Origin: Elusimicrobiota bacterium
GTDB taxonomy: Bacteria; Elusimicrobiota; Endomicrobiia; CG1-02-37-114; JAHJSO01
Assembly: GCA_043826435.1 (NCBI GenBank)
Contig: JBDRQF010000009.1
Span: forward strand, 1 to 51,263
Direction: 5' to 3'
DNA: 51,263 nucleotides
Shown: positions 1 to 10,402 of the stretch, piece after piece
Layout: each line of letters starts with the position of its first letter
How positions within the stretch are numbered: position 1 is the first letter of the stretch
Made by a program: the position numbers and the translations under genes
Notes under the pieces: model-generated
The model's database searches: none
What the model was told of the DNA's origin: nothing
Seen by the model: the letters and a program-made list of their open reading frames with translations, nothing else

Positions 1-3000
1 GTAACTTGCAGCAAGAGGCACTGAAACACCCGCTGTCGGAGTTGTTTTATCAATGGTAAATGTTATCTGTGTGGCAGTCGGCTGCCAGTTGCCTAGATAT
101 AAGGCATCGTTTGATTTTTTCGCCCTGTCTCTTGATTTTACTTCTATCCTGTACTGCTTTGCGTCCTCAAAAGACACACCAGTTGAAGGCCAGGAATAAG
201 CCACCCGCCATTCATTCCCCACCTGTGAAGCAGCGCCCGGGTCTAATGTAACCTTGATATATCCAAGTGCAGGGTCTGTCTGCAAAACATCCCAGTCCGC
301 AGATGGCGATTTCCCGGGATTCCACTCCGTGCTTGCAGATATATCAATTATTCTTATCCAAACCAAATCAGTCCTGCTGGCGTTAAAGTTGTAGTCAATT
401 GCAGTGCCACTTATTACATCCACGGATTTTACATAACTCGCTCCGGATGGAGCCAACATTACCGAAGACGGCGTCGTGGTATCAATTGTAATATTTGAGA
501 CAATCTCGGAGCCCGCATTATTATTGTCAGCGGTATCATACACCCTCACCCTTATCTGATAATTGGTTGTCGCCTCACTCAGATAGCCACCAAAGCCAGT
601 ATATGTCCACACTGGCAAGGAGAGTGTCGCGGTTGAATAAACAGCAGTTGGATTTGTAAATCCAGACCCGTCCCACCATCCACCAACCGCACCCCTATCC
701 TCATAGATTGCAACAGTTACAGTAGAAATATATGAAATTGCATCCGCGGCCGTGCCTGAAATTGTCAATAAGGTATTCCACCTGGTAAAGTTTGTCGGTG
801 TTGAAATAGCGACCAACGGAACTCCATCATCAATTGTGCAGGTCACAGAAGTAATGGTTACCTGTGAATTCCCCGCAGAATCCGCGCTTCTGCATTCAAA
901 TGTGTATTGTTTTCCACTGATATACCCGCCTGACGGCTGCCATGTAGATGTCCATATAATTGTTCCTGCCCCGGCGCCGCTTGAACCGTTATCAGCATTG
1001 TGCCAGTCGGGATTGTAATAAGCGGTCCCTGAACTTGTCCGGGTTTCTACATAACTGGCCCCTGCGATATATCCATTTGCAGTCCCTGAAATTGTTGCAA
1101 GTGCAGATGCCCTGTAATATTTGTTATTCTCGGGATAAATTACCGCAGCAGTCGGAGGTGTTGTATCAATGTAAAAATCATACCCCGCACCAAATGAACC
1201 GGCATTATTTGGCGTCGCCTGGTCAATTGCCCGAACCTTTATATTATATTTCTGGTCAGAAACCATTGTGCTTTTCTCTATGTTGTATGACCAGATACCA
1301 CTGCTCCCACCCACAAAGTATGCATTAAATTCAGCAGGATTTATATCCCAGGTGGTGCCTGTCCAGTAGTATGTAACAAAACCCTGCAGTCGCTGGAGCC
1401 GCAATTTGACCCCTGTATTCGCTTCAATCGTGGCAAGGTTATCACTGGCAGTTCCATTAATGTTGAGGGGGTCAGCCGGATTTATTTTTGCACCAGAAGC
1501 GGGATAACTTACATCACTCAAAGGAGCTGACTTATCAATCCAGAAAGAAATAGAAGATACTCCAACTGTAAATGTTTGTTGAATATTTCCTGCCTTGTCT
1601 TTTGCTCGGACTTTCATTGTATAGTATCTATTTTCTGTCCAGTCAGCATTATCCATTGTATATGTCCATGAGGCAATATAAAGTTGAACAGGAACCCACG
1701 AGCTACTCACAACCCATTTCTGGACAGGACCGTTCCAATAATCACCTGGCGGCTGTCTTTTTATTTCAATTTCAATAAGAGCGGGCGTTCCTGCATTTCC
1801 TCCAACACCTGCCGGGTCATTGACAGTTCCTGAAATTGTTATGAGAGTAGAAACAATATCCTGGTTTTGAGGTCTTGTAATTCCAGCAGTTGGAGTAGAA
1901 TTATCACACAGAAAAGTGTTATTAGGATAGGGGGGGATTTCGATGTTTGTCGCTCTATCTCTTGCTCGGGAAGAAATTTTATATATGGTACCATCAATCC
2001 AGGACGGCAAACCGGACACAAGATACCATCTATTTTCTGCCACAACCCATGTGGTAGTGCTCCACACAGTACCGGTAACCCAGTATGAGTTAACAGGACT
2101 CCAGTAGGTATTACTATATGTGAGGTCCTGTATTGCAATATCTACTTTATCAATCACACCAGGAGAAGTATCGTTTGCTGTTCCAGAAAGTGTAGCGAGT
2201 GTTCTGTATTCCGGCACACCTGCTCCCGGCAGATTTACAATTGATGTTGGCAATGTTGGGTCATAAATAACCGTATTACCCACGAGGTCGCCTGACTGCT
2301 CTTCACCTGCAGGTCCCACGCCTTTAGATAGGAAATAATACGATGTATTATTAGTCCATGCAGATGTAGATATATTGTTTGTCCATTCCCAGTATCTTGA
2401 CTGGTCCCCAAGAATAGTTACAAGACTTACCGGGAAATACTCTCTTGGTGCACCTTGGGCAGAGCCAGGGGTTGAGAATGAACTGCCATACCAGTAGTAC
2501 CCATCAGAGAAGCGCTCAACTGAAACTTTTATATTTGAAGTATCAGCAGTAGTGTTTTTATTCGCACCACCGGAAACCATCTGCGTCTTGTAATTATAGT
2601 ATGAATTATTTGCCGGTGAGTTTATCCATGTATCCGGGAACGGTACTTTACCTTGGAAGTTAACACGCCACATAGTTGCTTCTGCATTCGCTGCTTTATC
2701 AACCGCATAACATATTATCGCGTAATATTCATCCGCTGAATTCCATGCTTCCTGCCAGACATAATACCATGTAGAATTTGCCAAAACTGTTATTGATGAA
2801 ACAGGTATCCAGGTCTCAGCACTCTGCCAGGATGAACCGTTAAAATAGCCTAACGCGGAACCGCCTAAAGTTGCCCCTGTGCGTATAAATTGCACTCTGA
2901 CTGTTTCTATTTCACCCGGGGAAGCATCAAAACAAGTCCCGGAGATTGTCGGTAAAGTTGGTGAAGCTTCAGCCCCGCCATAAAGTGCGCCTTCTACGGG

Positions 3001-6000
3001 TAAAGTTACAGTAGATATCGGTGCGGTAAAATCTGCTTTGATGTTTGTCACTGTTGAATATATTAGTTGGTAATTACTTGCTCTATCTTGAACACGAATG
3101 TTTATTTCGTATGTCTCACCAGTTGCCCATGGTGTTGTGTTTAACTGCCACCATGTAGCCGACGGACTTAGGTATCCATACTGAGGAATATTGTTCCATA
3201 TTTCAGGGGCGCTTTGTACTGTCCATGAAGAATCAGAAATTCTCCAATAATGGTCAGGTTTTGGTCCTGTAAGTTGTTTTATTCTTACCCAGACATTTGA
3301 ACTTATCCCCGGTGGTGTATCCCATGACCCACCAGTAACTCTACCTGTCTGGCTGATAAATTTGTCGTTTTCAGGATATGTAATTGTCCCTGTTGGTCTT
3401 GTAGTATCATACACAAAATCCACATCCCTTGCTGTGCCTGCATTACCATTACCAGCACCTTCAGAATTTGCAGCACCATCTCTTGCACGTGTAACTAATC
3501 TATATGTTCGTCCATTTACCCATGTCGGTGTTGTGCCATATACTTCTGTCCACCATCGCCAGTTCCCGCCGGAAAGTACCGTGGGTATCCAGGTAATTGT
3601 AGGTAGCCAGTCAGCGCCATTCCAGTATGTTGCACCTTGTGTTAAGTCCTGGATATACATCCTTACTTCGGTTAGACCGGAATTGGCTGGATTTACAGGT
3701 AAATCTTCAGCAGTGCCTGTAATCATAGCAAGTGTAACGGAATTGTAATGCGCACCATCCCGTAAGACACTGAAATACGACCTCGGCTCAGTATTATCAA
3801 ACAAGAAAGTTATGTATGGCTCAGGTGATTCGCCATTATTCACAAAATCCGTTGCTTTCGTTATAAGTCGGTAACTATACCCTGATGTCCAGGTGACATT
3901 TGTGCTTACAAATACCCAACTGCCACTTGAAGGACCGTAAAATGTAAAACTCGGGGTTAAATCAACCGGTGTAGCAACCCAATCTTTTATGGATTCATCC
4001 CAGTAAAGGTCACCTACAGGACGATTTATCTGTAACCGCACAGGATTTACTGTTTGTAGTTTTACATTATCTATTGCAGTTCCTGAGATTGTCGGGACAG
4101 AATTCTGCACTGCTGATGTAGGTAAGTTTGTCTGTGATACCGGCCCTGTTTTATCAATAAATATTTTTACTGCTGTAGATGCTGGACCCTGGTTGTTCCC
4201 TGAAAGTGCTAAATCTTTTGCTCTTGCCTTGATGAAATACCGGTAATCGTTCTCCCAGACAGAACTGGGGTAAGTCCGCCAGAAAGTTGCTGATGTGTCT
4301 ATAATTGAGAAGTTGCTTGCATCCAGCCAGCCAGGCGAACCAGCAGTATCATCATAGGCAATCCAGGGTGTGCTACCATCATAAGTTCCATCAGGGACCT
4401 CATCTTTGTTTATGTCTCTATGTAGTATGAATTCCCCATCAGTTGGAATTGAGTACTTATCCCAGCAAGTCCCTGAAATTGTTGCTATATTAGAATAAAC
4501 TTCGTTATTCACAGGATATGGTGTTACTTGTGAATTTGGGCCGACATTATCGCAGTAGAAGGTTCTACCGGGTGAAATTGCAGTTTGTATGTTGCCACCT
4601 TTGTCTATACCACGAGATGTGATAAGATACTCTTGCTCATAAGTCCAGTCAATATTGCTCTGTGTATAAGTCCATGTTGAACCTGCTAATGAAACACCGG
4701 TAATCCATTGCGCTACAGTTGTAGATAACCAGATGGTATCAGGCATTTTCCAGTAATAGGTTGTCCCGGTAGTAATCTTTTTTATTGCAACATTCGCTGA
4801 TTGAACACCAGCAGGACCAACATCTACAACAGTTCCGGTTATAGTTGACAGGTTACTGTGTCGGGAATTATTAGCAGGGTAGTTTACTCGTGAAGTCGGC
4901 GGGTCAACATCAATAAAGAGATAGTTGCCTTTATGCTGGGATTCATATTTGGCACCTTCTCTACCTTTGGTTATTAACCTGTACTCTGCAGATTCCCATG
5001 TGACATTTACTAAACCAGTAGTCCATGTCATAAGTTCGCCTACATCGGTTGCAGCACCAACTCTAATCCAGCCCTGTGATGCTTCTGTTGTCCACTCACC
5101 CGGGGGCTGTCTCCAGTATTTATCCGGCTCAGCGGTAACGTTTTTTATCATTAAGTCAAGATATGTATCACCATCAAAAACTTTGTCCGGTGCATAACTG
5201 CCTGAAATTGTAGTTACATTACTTGTGACAGTACCATGTGAAGGGCTTGTAATCCATGTATACGGGAAACCTTCATCAACTTCTATTTCATTGTAATGTT
5301 CCATTTCAGTTCTTGTTTCTGTCTTTGCACGAGAATAAATTCTATACTGGTCTTCAGGCCATAAATCAGTATTTGCAAGTCCAAAATCTTTTTTCCAATA
5401 TATCGGTCCTACACCGGCTGTAATTGGAACATCAATCCAGGTTGGTGTACCGGCAACCCAGTTACCTGTGGTATTTGGATTACCAGAACCCGTATAGTAC
5501 CTATTGCTAGCATCATAATCGTAAATCATTATTTCTACTGCTGTAACAATATCAGTTCCAGCAGATGCCACGCCTTGAATTATCCGGAGGCCCCCTACAT
5601 CACCGGTATCTACAGGGTCGTTTATAGGTGAAGTGATCTCAGATACCGGTGCGGAAGCATCAAACTTAAATGTTACCGACAAAATATATACCCCTGTCTG
5701 CTCATTACCTGCCTTGTCTCTACCATAAGCACGAATACGATAGTACTTCTGGTCTTCCCAAGACGGCACATTAGTATATTTCCAGTAGTTTATACGTCCT
5801 GTAGTAGTATCTTTTGAAATTTCCCAGATTGTTGAACTAATCCATTTTTCGCCCTCAGCGGGTGGTGTCCAGCCGGTTGCAGTTCCATTCCAGAAGTAAT
5901 TATCTTCATTTCTACGAATGGAAATTTTTATATAGTCCGCTTCAGCACCATAAAACATATCTAAATATTCACCTAATATCTCTGTTAAAGCAGGTAATTC

Positions 6001-9000
6001 TGCACCGTTTACAGGTGAACCAATAGTTGCTGTCGGTATATTCAAATCGTAAGCGAATACATTACCTGCTGAGGGGTAGTCCTGCCAGTTATTAGCAACA
6101 TCAACTGCTCTGCACATAACTTCATATCTGTACCTGTTAGTCCAGGCACTAATATTATACCACCACGGGTTAGGTCCGCCGGACATATTCTGCCAGGAAC
6201 TTGAAGAGCCTGTCCAGTCAGCACCAGACCAGTACCCGGCAGATGTGTAAATTTCAACACCTGTGGCTGTATCAACTGTAACAGTAAATCTCTGTATTCG
6301 TATAGTTACTGTGCTCACTCCAAGTCCGTCCGGGTCACTTGAATTACCAACTATCTGAACAAATCCAGATTTTTTAGCATCATCCGGTGCTGGGTCAGTT
6401 ACTGCGGAACTCGGTGGTTCGTTATCAAACTGAAATCTTTTTGCATTTGGGTCGCCGGAAGCACCTATAAGTTCTGTATTGCCTGGCCCATCCGTTGCTT
6501 GCGAATACACAATAATTGTTGCACCACTCGGCCATGGACTTGGCACCTGCGGTGAATACACTACCCATGAACTTATGTATAGTTCAGATACAGTAAAGAA
6601 ATATGTAGTTGACTCTGTCCAGCCGGTTACCCCGTTATACCAGTTGTTTGCAGTTAGATTATGATATGCTACCTTGACCTGTGATATCGGACTTACCGCG
6701 TTTGCATCCGCTACTGTTCCTGAGAGTGTTGGTAAGTTGTTGTATATCTGGTTATGTACAGGTCTGAGAATACTCGTTTCAGGCCTGTTAGTATCCCATT
6801 TGAAGGCACAATTAACAATAGTTGAAGTTCCGCCAGCTTTGTCATATGCCTGCGCTCTGATACTGTAATCATCCGGACCGGGGAAGTTCTGGAATGTACT
6901 TGTAGGGTATGGCACATCGTAATACCATGTTTCTGATGGCTCATCAAAAACACCATCGTATGCAGTTGCATCAAACCATATCTCTATACCCACCCAGTTG
7001 TTTACACCATTCCAGTACCAGCCATCTTCGCGATATATTTGCACTTTGACATTACTTATAAGACCCGGGTCAGTATCAACACAAGTACCTGAAATTTTCG
7101 GTAGAGTATTTAGAGTAAGTCCGGGTGTTGCTGGTAAAGTTATAGTTGCTGACGGTCTTGTAACATCAAACCAGAAAACATTACCGGCGGTTTTCGGACC
7201 GAGGTTACCAGCAGAGTCCCTTGCCTGACATTTGATTTTATACCGATTTCTATTTGCCCAGGTACTTATGGACATAGTGTAGTTCCAGTATTGCCCACCA
7301 ACAGCACGAGTTGATGTCTCTGTATTTACCCACCCGGAGCCATTCCACCATTTAAGTTCAATTGATACATCATAGGTAGCAACATGGACTATCCATAAAT
7401 CTACCGTGCTTATAAGTGCTTCGTTACAAGTACCTGAAATCAGCATCAGTGCAGATTGATGTGAATCATGCGCCGGTAAGACAACTGTTGAAATAGGTCC
7501 TGTAATATCATAAGTAAAAGTAGTTGTAGTAAAGTCGGTCTCGTAGTAAGGTCCCGGTATAGTGACATTATCTCTTGCACGGCAGTTTATATCGTATATT
7601 CTACTATCACCCCAGTAATTATTCAGGTTACCATCATTTGATGTATACCACCACATAGTAGCACCGGGAGAAAGTTGTGCATTAAACCACGCTTCAGTTG
7701 CTGTTTTTACTATAAAGTCCTGTGCAGAAGTATCCCAGTATCTACTATCATCTCTTTTTATACGAATTTTTACCTCTGTTACACCGGAAGTTGCATCGTA
7801 GCAAGTACCGGAAATTGTTGGCATGGAATTCTTACGCTCTGCATCCGGCATTCTGACTCTACTTTCAGGCTCACTTCTATCGCAAGTGAATATATTGGTT
7901 GTACAAAATATTTCTGTGTTTGGTGTATTCGGTGACTGAACTTTATCTGATGCTTTTGTCCAGATGTAATAAGATACACCTTCAGTCAATTGACCGGTAA
8001 GTGCAACTAATGACCTACTCCATGTAACATCGTAATAACCTACTGGTGATACATCTGCTGTCTGCTCAAGCCACGACGGTGTCCACGCTTCACCAGTATC
8101 ATCCCAGTATCTTTTATCCGACTGACGCTGTATCCACCAGTAGACAATATTTATACCACCACGTGCATTATCTCTTGCTGTCCCTCCGATTGAGTTAAGT
8201 TGTGATAAGTATGTACCTGAACTCGGTGAAGTTGTACAAGAATCCGGGCGCTCGGGATCAGGCGGACCTTTGTATATATCATAAGTAAAGGTTGCAGTTG
8301 ATCGCTTTATTGAATCATCCGGGTTACGTGCATAATTTCCGCAAGAATCTTTTACACGCACTACAAGTCGGTATTCAACATTGTGCTCCCAGTAGGGTCT
8401 ATTATTACCTGCATTCCAACTTGAACAATTAATCAGCCAGGTAACTGTCTCAGGTCCTGCCGGGCACTGAGTTGAAATCCATACCGGCAAATCACTTTGA
8501 AATGCCCATTCTGAACCAGTCCAGTTTTTCCCATCTGATGTGTTCCTGAACCAGAATTCAACACCAGCAGTTGAGTCCATATACCGACTTGCACCGTCAT
8601 TTGCTGTGCCTGTAATTACCGGCAAACTTGAGCGCCAGGTTGGACCCGGTGCTGCTGGCTCAAGAATAGCAAAATTTGGTGGTGTGTTATCAACTGCAAA
8701 CTTAAAATTAAAATCCCCTGAAACTGCTGGACTTGACCAGGTACTTCCTCTGTCTATAGATGTCTGATACCTTGATGTTGTTCCCTTGTATGTAGCACCT
8801 TCATAAGGCGCCCCACCAGTTTTTGTATCAGCAACAGCAAACCAGGTTTGACCTCCTACCTGCTCAAAAAAGACAAGTCGGTGAGTTCCGGCTGGAATAT
8901 ATGCTCCCGGAAATGTTTTTGAAACCTCAGCAAAAGTAGCACCTGCACTGGTAAAAAAAGTGGCTGTGGCCAGGTAAACAGTTGAACCATCTTCTGATGT

Positions 9001-10344
9001 TATCTTGAATTTAACTTCTTTATCTAAAGCAGCCGCCTTTACAAATGCACTAATCCCAACAATACCCATTCCACCAGATGGAACCGTGAAAAGTTGACCA
9101 AGAGCATTCGGACTTGTAACACTCACTGCTGTAGATATTGTATCAGTTACTGCAGAACCAGATTCCATTCCACGACCAAATGGTTGTCCCTGGTAAGTTA
9201 TACCGTTACCAACCATATAAAGCGGTTCACAACTAGGAATCACAGCCGTCCCGTTGTAGTAACTACTGGCCCAAGAGTCAGGTTCGTCATTCTTCGGTAC
9301 ATAACCCTTCAGTGTCTCCATAGCCACAATCCGTGGCATACGACGATTATTAATATCTGCTGTTGTTACTACTGCATAAATCTTATAATTTGTGTCTTTG
9401 GTTAAATTGCATGAAGGAATGGTAAATGACCGCCATTGCTGGACATTGAGATCACCCATATTGGCTACCCATGATGTAGAACTTATCCAGTTGTTAGCAG
9501 AATCTCTGATACCGATGTCCCAGGTAGCATAGTTTGCAGCAGCAGAAATTGTATAAGAAATAAGTAGCCGTATTTCATTAACTCCTGTAATGTCTGACAT
9601 AGCAGTAAATCGTAATTCTGTATTATTGCCGACAGGGTTCCACATATTGCCGCAATCAATCTGTTTATATGTAGCAATCCGATTCCCCCAGTCATAGTCA
9701 GCATAAATTTTTACTGGCGCCAGCACAGCCATCGCCATCACAGCCAGCAGCAGCGCCAAAACAGCCCCCCGTGTCATTGCGAGGCGCAGCCGAAGCAATC
9801 TCCCGCACCCCCGTGTCATTGCGAGGCGCAGCCGAAGCAATCTCCCCGCCTTCAATGCCTTATCTATCATCCCCCAACCCTTGACAAGCAATTTTGTTTG
9901 TGTTACAATATTATTGATGAATCTAACAAAAAGACGCAGAGAAAATTTAGCAAGGTTTATGTTTAGTTTAGCGCAAATCATTTTTGGTGCTTTTATAATT
10001 GGTAGGTTTATTTCGCCGGAAAAAATTTCTTTGGCAAACTTCGTATACGGTATATGTTCATTTTTTATATTTGCATTATTTGGATATTTAATAGACAAGG
10101 GAGGTGAATAATGAACGAATTCACTATACTTCTCACGGTACTCCTTATTGCCGGTACTATTGTAACGGGGCTTGTGCTTTATTCTGACTGGCGACAAAAA
10201 CACCCTCCCAAGCCGCGTTAGCCAGCCTATCTGCCCCAGCCACCCAATCCGCGTTAGTACGCCTGTCCACCCGCCCACTGTGTCATTGCGAGGCGCAGCC
10301 GAAGCAATCTCTCCATAATGTTCTCGCCGGTTATCCTTTTCCAT
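1..10344 (-). CDS. Giant secreted protein with tandem Ig-like (Big-type) repeats; 3' end beyond window (>=3448 codons)
   Basis: ATG at 10344 (in-frame alternatives 10383, 9870). The same frame still reads FTIDKTTPTAGVSVPLAASY at positions 60-1. The ORF track has no long stop-terminated ORF in this frame, which implies no internal stop; not every codon was read by eye. Signal peptide ...AVLALLLAVMAMAVLAPVKIYA/DYDW. Recurrent motifs TISGTxxD, YWxGxxW, RAxDxAGN, DxTxP. Confidence 0.9.
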   Translation of the reverse strand, partial: MEKDNRREHYGEIASAAPRNDTVGGWTGVLTRIGWLGQIGWLTRLGRVFLSPVRIKHKPRYNSTGNKEYREKYSEFVHYSPPLSIKYPNNANIKNEHIPYTKFAKEIFSGEINLPIIKAPKMICAKLNINLAKFSLRLFVRFINNIVTQTKLLVKGWGMIDKALKAGRLLRLRLAMTRGCGRLLRLRLAMTRGAVLALLLAVMAMAVLAPVKIYADYDWGNRIATYKQIDCGNMWNPVGNNTELRFTAMSDITGVNEIRLLISYTISAAANYATWDIGIRDSANNWISSTSWVANMGDLNVQQWRSFTIPSCNLTKDTNYKIYAVVTTADINNRRMPRIVAMETLKGYVPKNDEPDSWASSYYNGTAVIPSCEPLYMVGNGITYQGQPFGRGMESGSAVTDTISTAVSVTSPNALGQLFTVPSGGMGIVGISAFVKAAALDKEVKFKITSEDGSTVYLATATFFTSAGATFAEVSKTFPGAYIPAGTHRLVFFEQVGGQTWFAVADTKTGGAPYEGATYKGTTSRYQTSIDRGSTWSSPAVSGDFNFKFAVDNTPPNFAILEPAAPGPTWRSSLPVITGTANDGASRYMDSTAGVEFWFRNTSDGKNWTGSEWAFQSDLPVWISTQCPAGPETVTWLINCSSWNAGNNRPYWEHNVEYRLVVRVKDSCGNYARNPDDSIKRSTATFTYDIYKGPPDPERPDSCTTSPSSGTYLSQLNSIGGTARDNARGGINIVYWWIQRQSDKRYWDDTGEAWTPSWLEQTADVSPVGYYDVTWSRSLVALTGQLTEGVSYYIWTKASDKVQSPNTPNTEIFCTTNIFTCDRSEPESRVRMPDAERKNSMPTISGTCYDATSGVTEVKIRIKRDDSRYWDTSAQDFIVKTATEAWFNAQLSPGATMWWYTSNDGNLNNYWGDSRIYDINCRARDNVTIPGPYYETDFTTTTFTYDITGPISTVVLPAHDSHQSALMLISGTCNEALISTVDLWIVHVATYDVSIELKWWNGSGWVNTETSTRAVGGQYWNYTMSISTWANRNRYKIKCQARDSAGNLGPKTAGNVFWFDVTRPSATITLPATPGLTLNTLPKISGTCVDTDPGLISNVKVQIYREDGWYWNGVNNWVGIEIWFDATAYDGVFDEPSETWYYDVPYPTSTFQNFPGPDDYSIRAQAYDKAGGTSTIVNCAFKWDTNRPETSILRPVHNQIYNNLPTLSGTVADANAVSPISQVKVAYHNLTANNWYNGVTGWTESTTYFFTVSELYISSWVVYSPQVPSPWPSGATIIVYSQATDGPGNTELIGASGDPNAKRFQFDNEPPSSAVTDPAPDDAKKSGFVQIVGNSSDPDGLGVSTVTIRIQRFTVTVDTATGVEIYTSAGYWSGADWTGSSSSWQNMSGGPNPWWYNISAWTNRYRYEVMCRAVDVANNWQDYPSAGNVFAYDLNIPTATIGSPVNGAELPALTEILGEYLDMFYGAEADYIKISIRRNEDNYFWNGTATGWTPPAEGEKWISSTIWEISKDTTTGRINYWKYTNVPSWEDQKYYRIRAYGRDKAGNEQTGVYILSVTFKFDASAPVSEITSPINDPVDTGDVGGLRIIQGVASAGTDIVTAVEIMIYDYDASNRYYTGSGNPNTTGNWVAGTPTWIDVPITAGVGPIYWKKDFGLANTDLWPEDQYRIYSRAKTETRTEMEHYNEIEVDEGFPYTWITSPSHGTVTSNVTTISGSYAPDKVFDGDTYLDLMIKNVTAEPDKYWRQPPGEWTTEASQGWIRVGAATDVGELMTWTTGLVNVTWESAEYRLITKGREGAKYESQHKGNYLFIDVDPPTSRVNYPANNSRHSNLSTITGTVVDVGPAGVQSANVAIKKITTGTTYYWKMPDTIWLSTTVAQWITGVSLAGSTWTYTQSNIDWTYEQEYLITSRGIDKGGNIQTAISPGRTFYCDNVGPNSQVTPYPVNNEVYSNIATISGTCWDKYSIPTDGEFILHRDINKDEVPDGTYDGSTPWIAYDDTAGSPGWLDASNFSIIDTSATFWRTYPSSVWENDYRYFIKARAKDLALSGNNQGPASTAVKIFIDKTGPVSQTNLPTSAVQNSVPTISGTAIDNVKLQTVNPVRLQINRPVGDLYWDESIKDWVATPVDLTPSFTFYGPSSGSWVFVSTNVTWTSGYSYRLITKATDFVNNGESPEPYITFLFDNTEPRSYFSVLRDGAHYNSVTLAMITGTAEDLPVNPANSGLTEVRMYIQDLTQGATYWNGADWLPTITWIPTVLSGGNWRWWTEVYGTTPTWVNGRTYRLVTRARDGAANSEGAGNGNAGTARDVDFVYDTTRPTGTITYPENDKFISQTGRVTGGSWDTPPGISSNVWVRIKQLTGPKPDHYWRISDSSWTVQSAPEIWNNIPQYGYLSPSATWWQLNTTPWATGETYEINIRVQDRASNYQLIYSTVTNIKADFTAPISTVTLPVEGALYGGAEASPTLPTISGTCFDASPGEIETVRVQFIRTGATLGGSALGYFNGSSWQSAETWIPVSSITVLANSTWYYVWQEAWNSADEYYAIICYAVDKAANAEATMWRVNFQGKVPFPDTWINSPANNSYYNYKTQMVSGGANKNTTADTSNIKVSVERFSDGYYWYGSSFSTPGSAQGAPREYFPVSLVTILGDQSRYWEWTNNISTSAWTNNTSYYFLSKGVGPAGEEQSGDLVGNTVIYDPTLPTSIVNLPGAGVPEYRTLATLSGTANDTSPGVIDKVDIAIQDLTYSNTYWSPVNSYWVTGTVWSTTTWVVAENRWYLVSGLPSWIDGTIYKISSRARDRATNIEIPPYPNNTFLCDNSTPTAGITRPQNQDIVSTLITISGTVNDPAGVGGNAGTPALIEIEIKRQPPGDYWNGPVQKWVVSSSWVPVQLYIASWTYTMDNADWTENRYYTMKVRAKDKAGNIQQTFTVGVSSISFWIDKSAPLSDVSYPASGAKINPADPLNINGTASDNLATIEANTGVKLRLQRLQGFVTYYWTGTTWDINPAEFNAYFVGGSSGIWSYNIEKSTMVSDQKYNIKVRAIDQATPNNAGSFGAGYDFYIDTTPPTAAVIYPENNKYYRASALATISGTANGYIAGASYVETRTSSGTAYYNPDWHNADNGSSGAGAGTIIWTSTWQPSGGYISGKQYTFECRSADSAGNSQVTITSVTCTIDDGVPLVAISTPTNFTRWNTLLTISGTAADAISYISTVTVAIYEDRGAVGGWWDGSGFTNPTAVYSTATLSLPVWTYTGFGGYLSEATTNYQIRVRVYDTADNNNAGSEIVSNITIDTTTPSSVMLAPSGASYVKSVDVISGTAIDYNFNASRTDLVWIRIIDISASTEWNPGKSPSADWDVLQTDPALGYIKVTLDPGAASQVGNEWRVAYSWPSTGVSFEDAKQYRIEVKSRDRAKKSNDALYLGNWQPTATQITFTIDKTTPTAGVSVPLAASY
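9766..9848. repeat. Tandem 42-bp duplication containing a GTCATTGCG...GCAATCTC palindromic element, in frame within the giant gene
   Basis: CCCCCGTGTCATTGCGAGGCGCAGCCGAAGCAATCTCCCGCA twice (second copy differs at its 3' end); encodes GRLLRLRLAMTRG twice on the minus strand. Confidence 0.9.
9881..9909 (+). promoter_or_regulatory. Sigma70 promoter of nested cassette 1
   Basis: TTGACA(9881)-17 bp-TACAAT(9904) with upstream TG; ATG follows 7 nt after the -10 (leaderless). Confidence 0.75.
9917..10111 (+). CDS. Small two-TM membrane protein, DUF6722-like (64 aa), nested antisense in giant gene
   Basis: MNLTKRRRENLARFMFSLAQIIFGAFIIG...GYLIDKGGE; homologous to 11142-11333. Family assignment recalled from the RENLAKxFxDLSK pattern, not searched. 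Confidence 0.7.
   Translation: MNLTKRRRENLARFMFSLAQIIFGAFIIGRFISPEKISLANFVYGICSFFIFALFGYLIDKGGE
10111..10221 (+). CDS. 36-aa single-TM peptide, nested antisense in giant gene
   Basis: MNEFTILLTVLLIAGTIVTGLVLYSDWRQKHPPKPR; GGAGGTG RBS, TAATG stop/start overlap; same length and C-terminus as 11336-11446. Confidence 0.7.
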   Translation: MNEFTILLTVLLIAGTIVTGLVLYSDWRQKHPPKPR

Positions 10345-10357
10345 TTTATTTCCCTGC
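10186..10357. repeat. 172-bp direct repeat, copy 1
   Basis: Near-identical to 11411-11582; includes a palindromic element and the host ATG (MEKDNRREHYGEIASA.PRNDTVGGWTG...). Confidence 0.9.
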
Positions 10358-10402
10358 GTCCTGCCCTGTCTTCCTAAACTCATCCTCCAACGGTCATCAA
10401 CA

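Noticed and set aside
60..9704. About twenty short ORFs in the track
   Set aside because: Shadows of the giant minus-strand gene; no motifs, promoters or paralogs seen, unlike the two nested cassettes.
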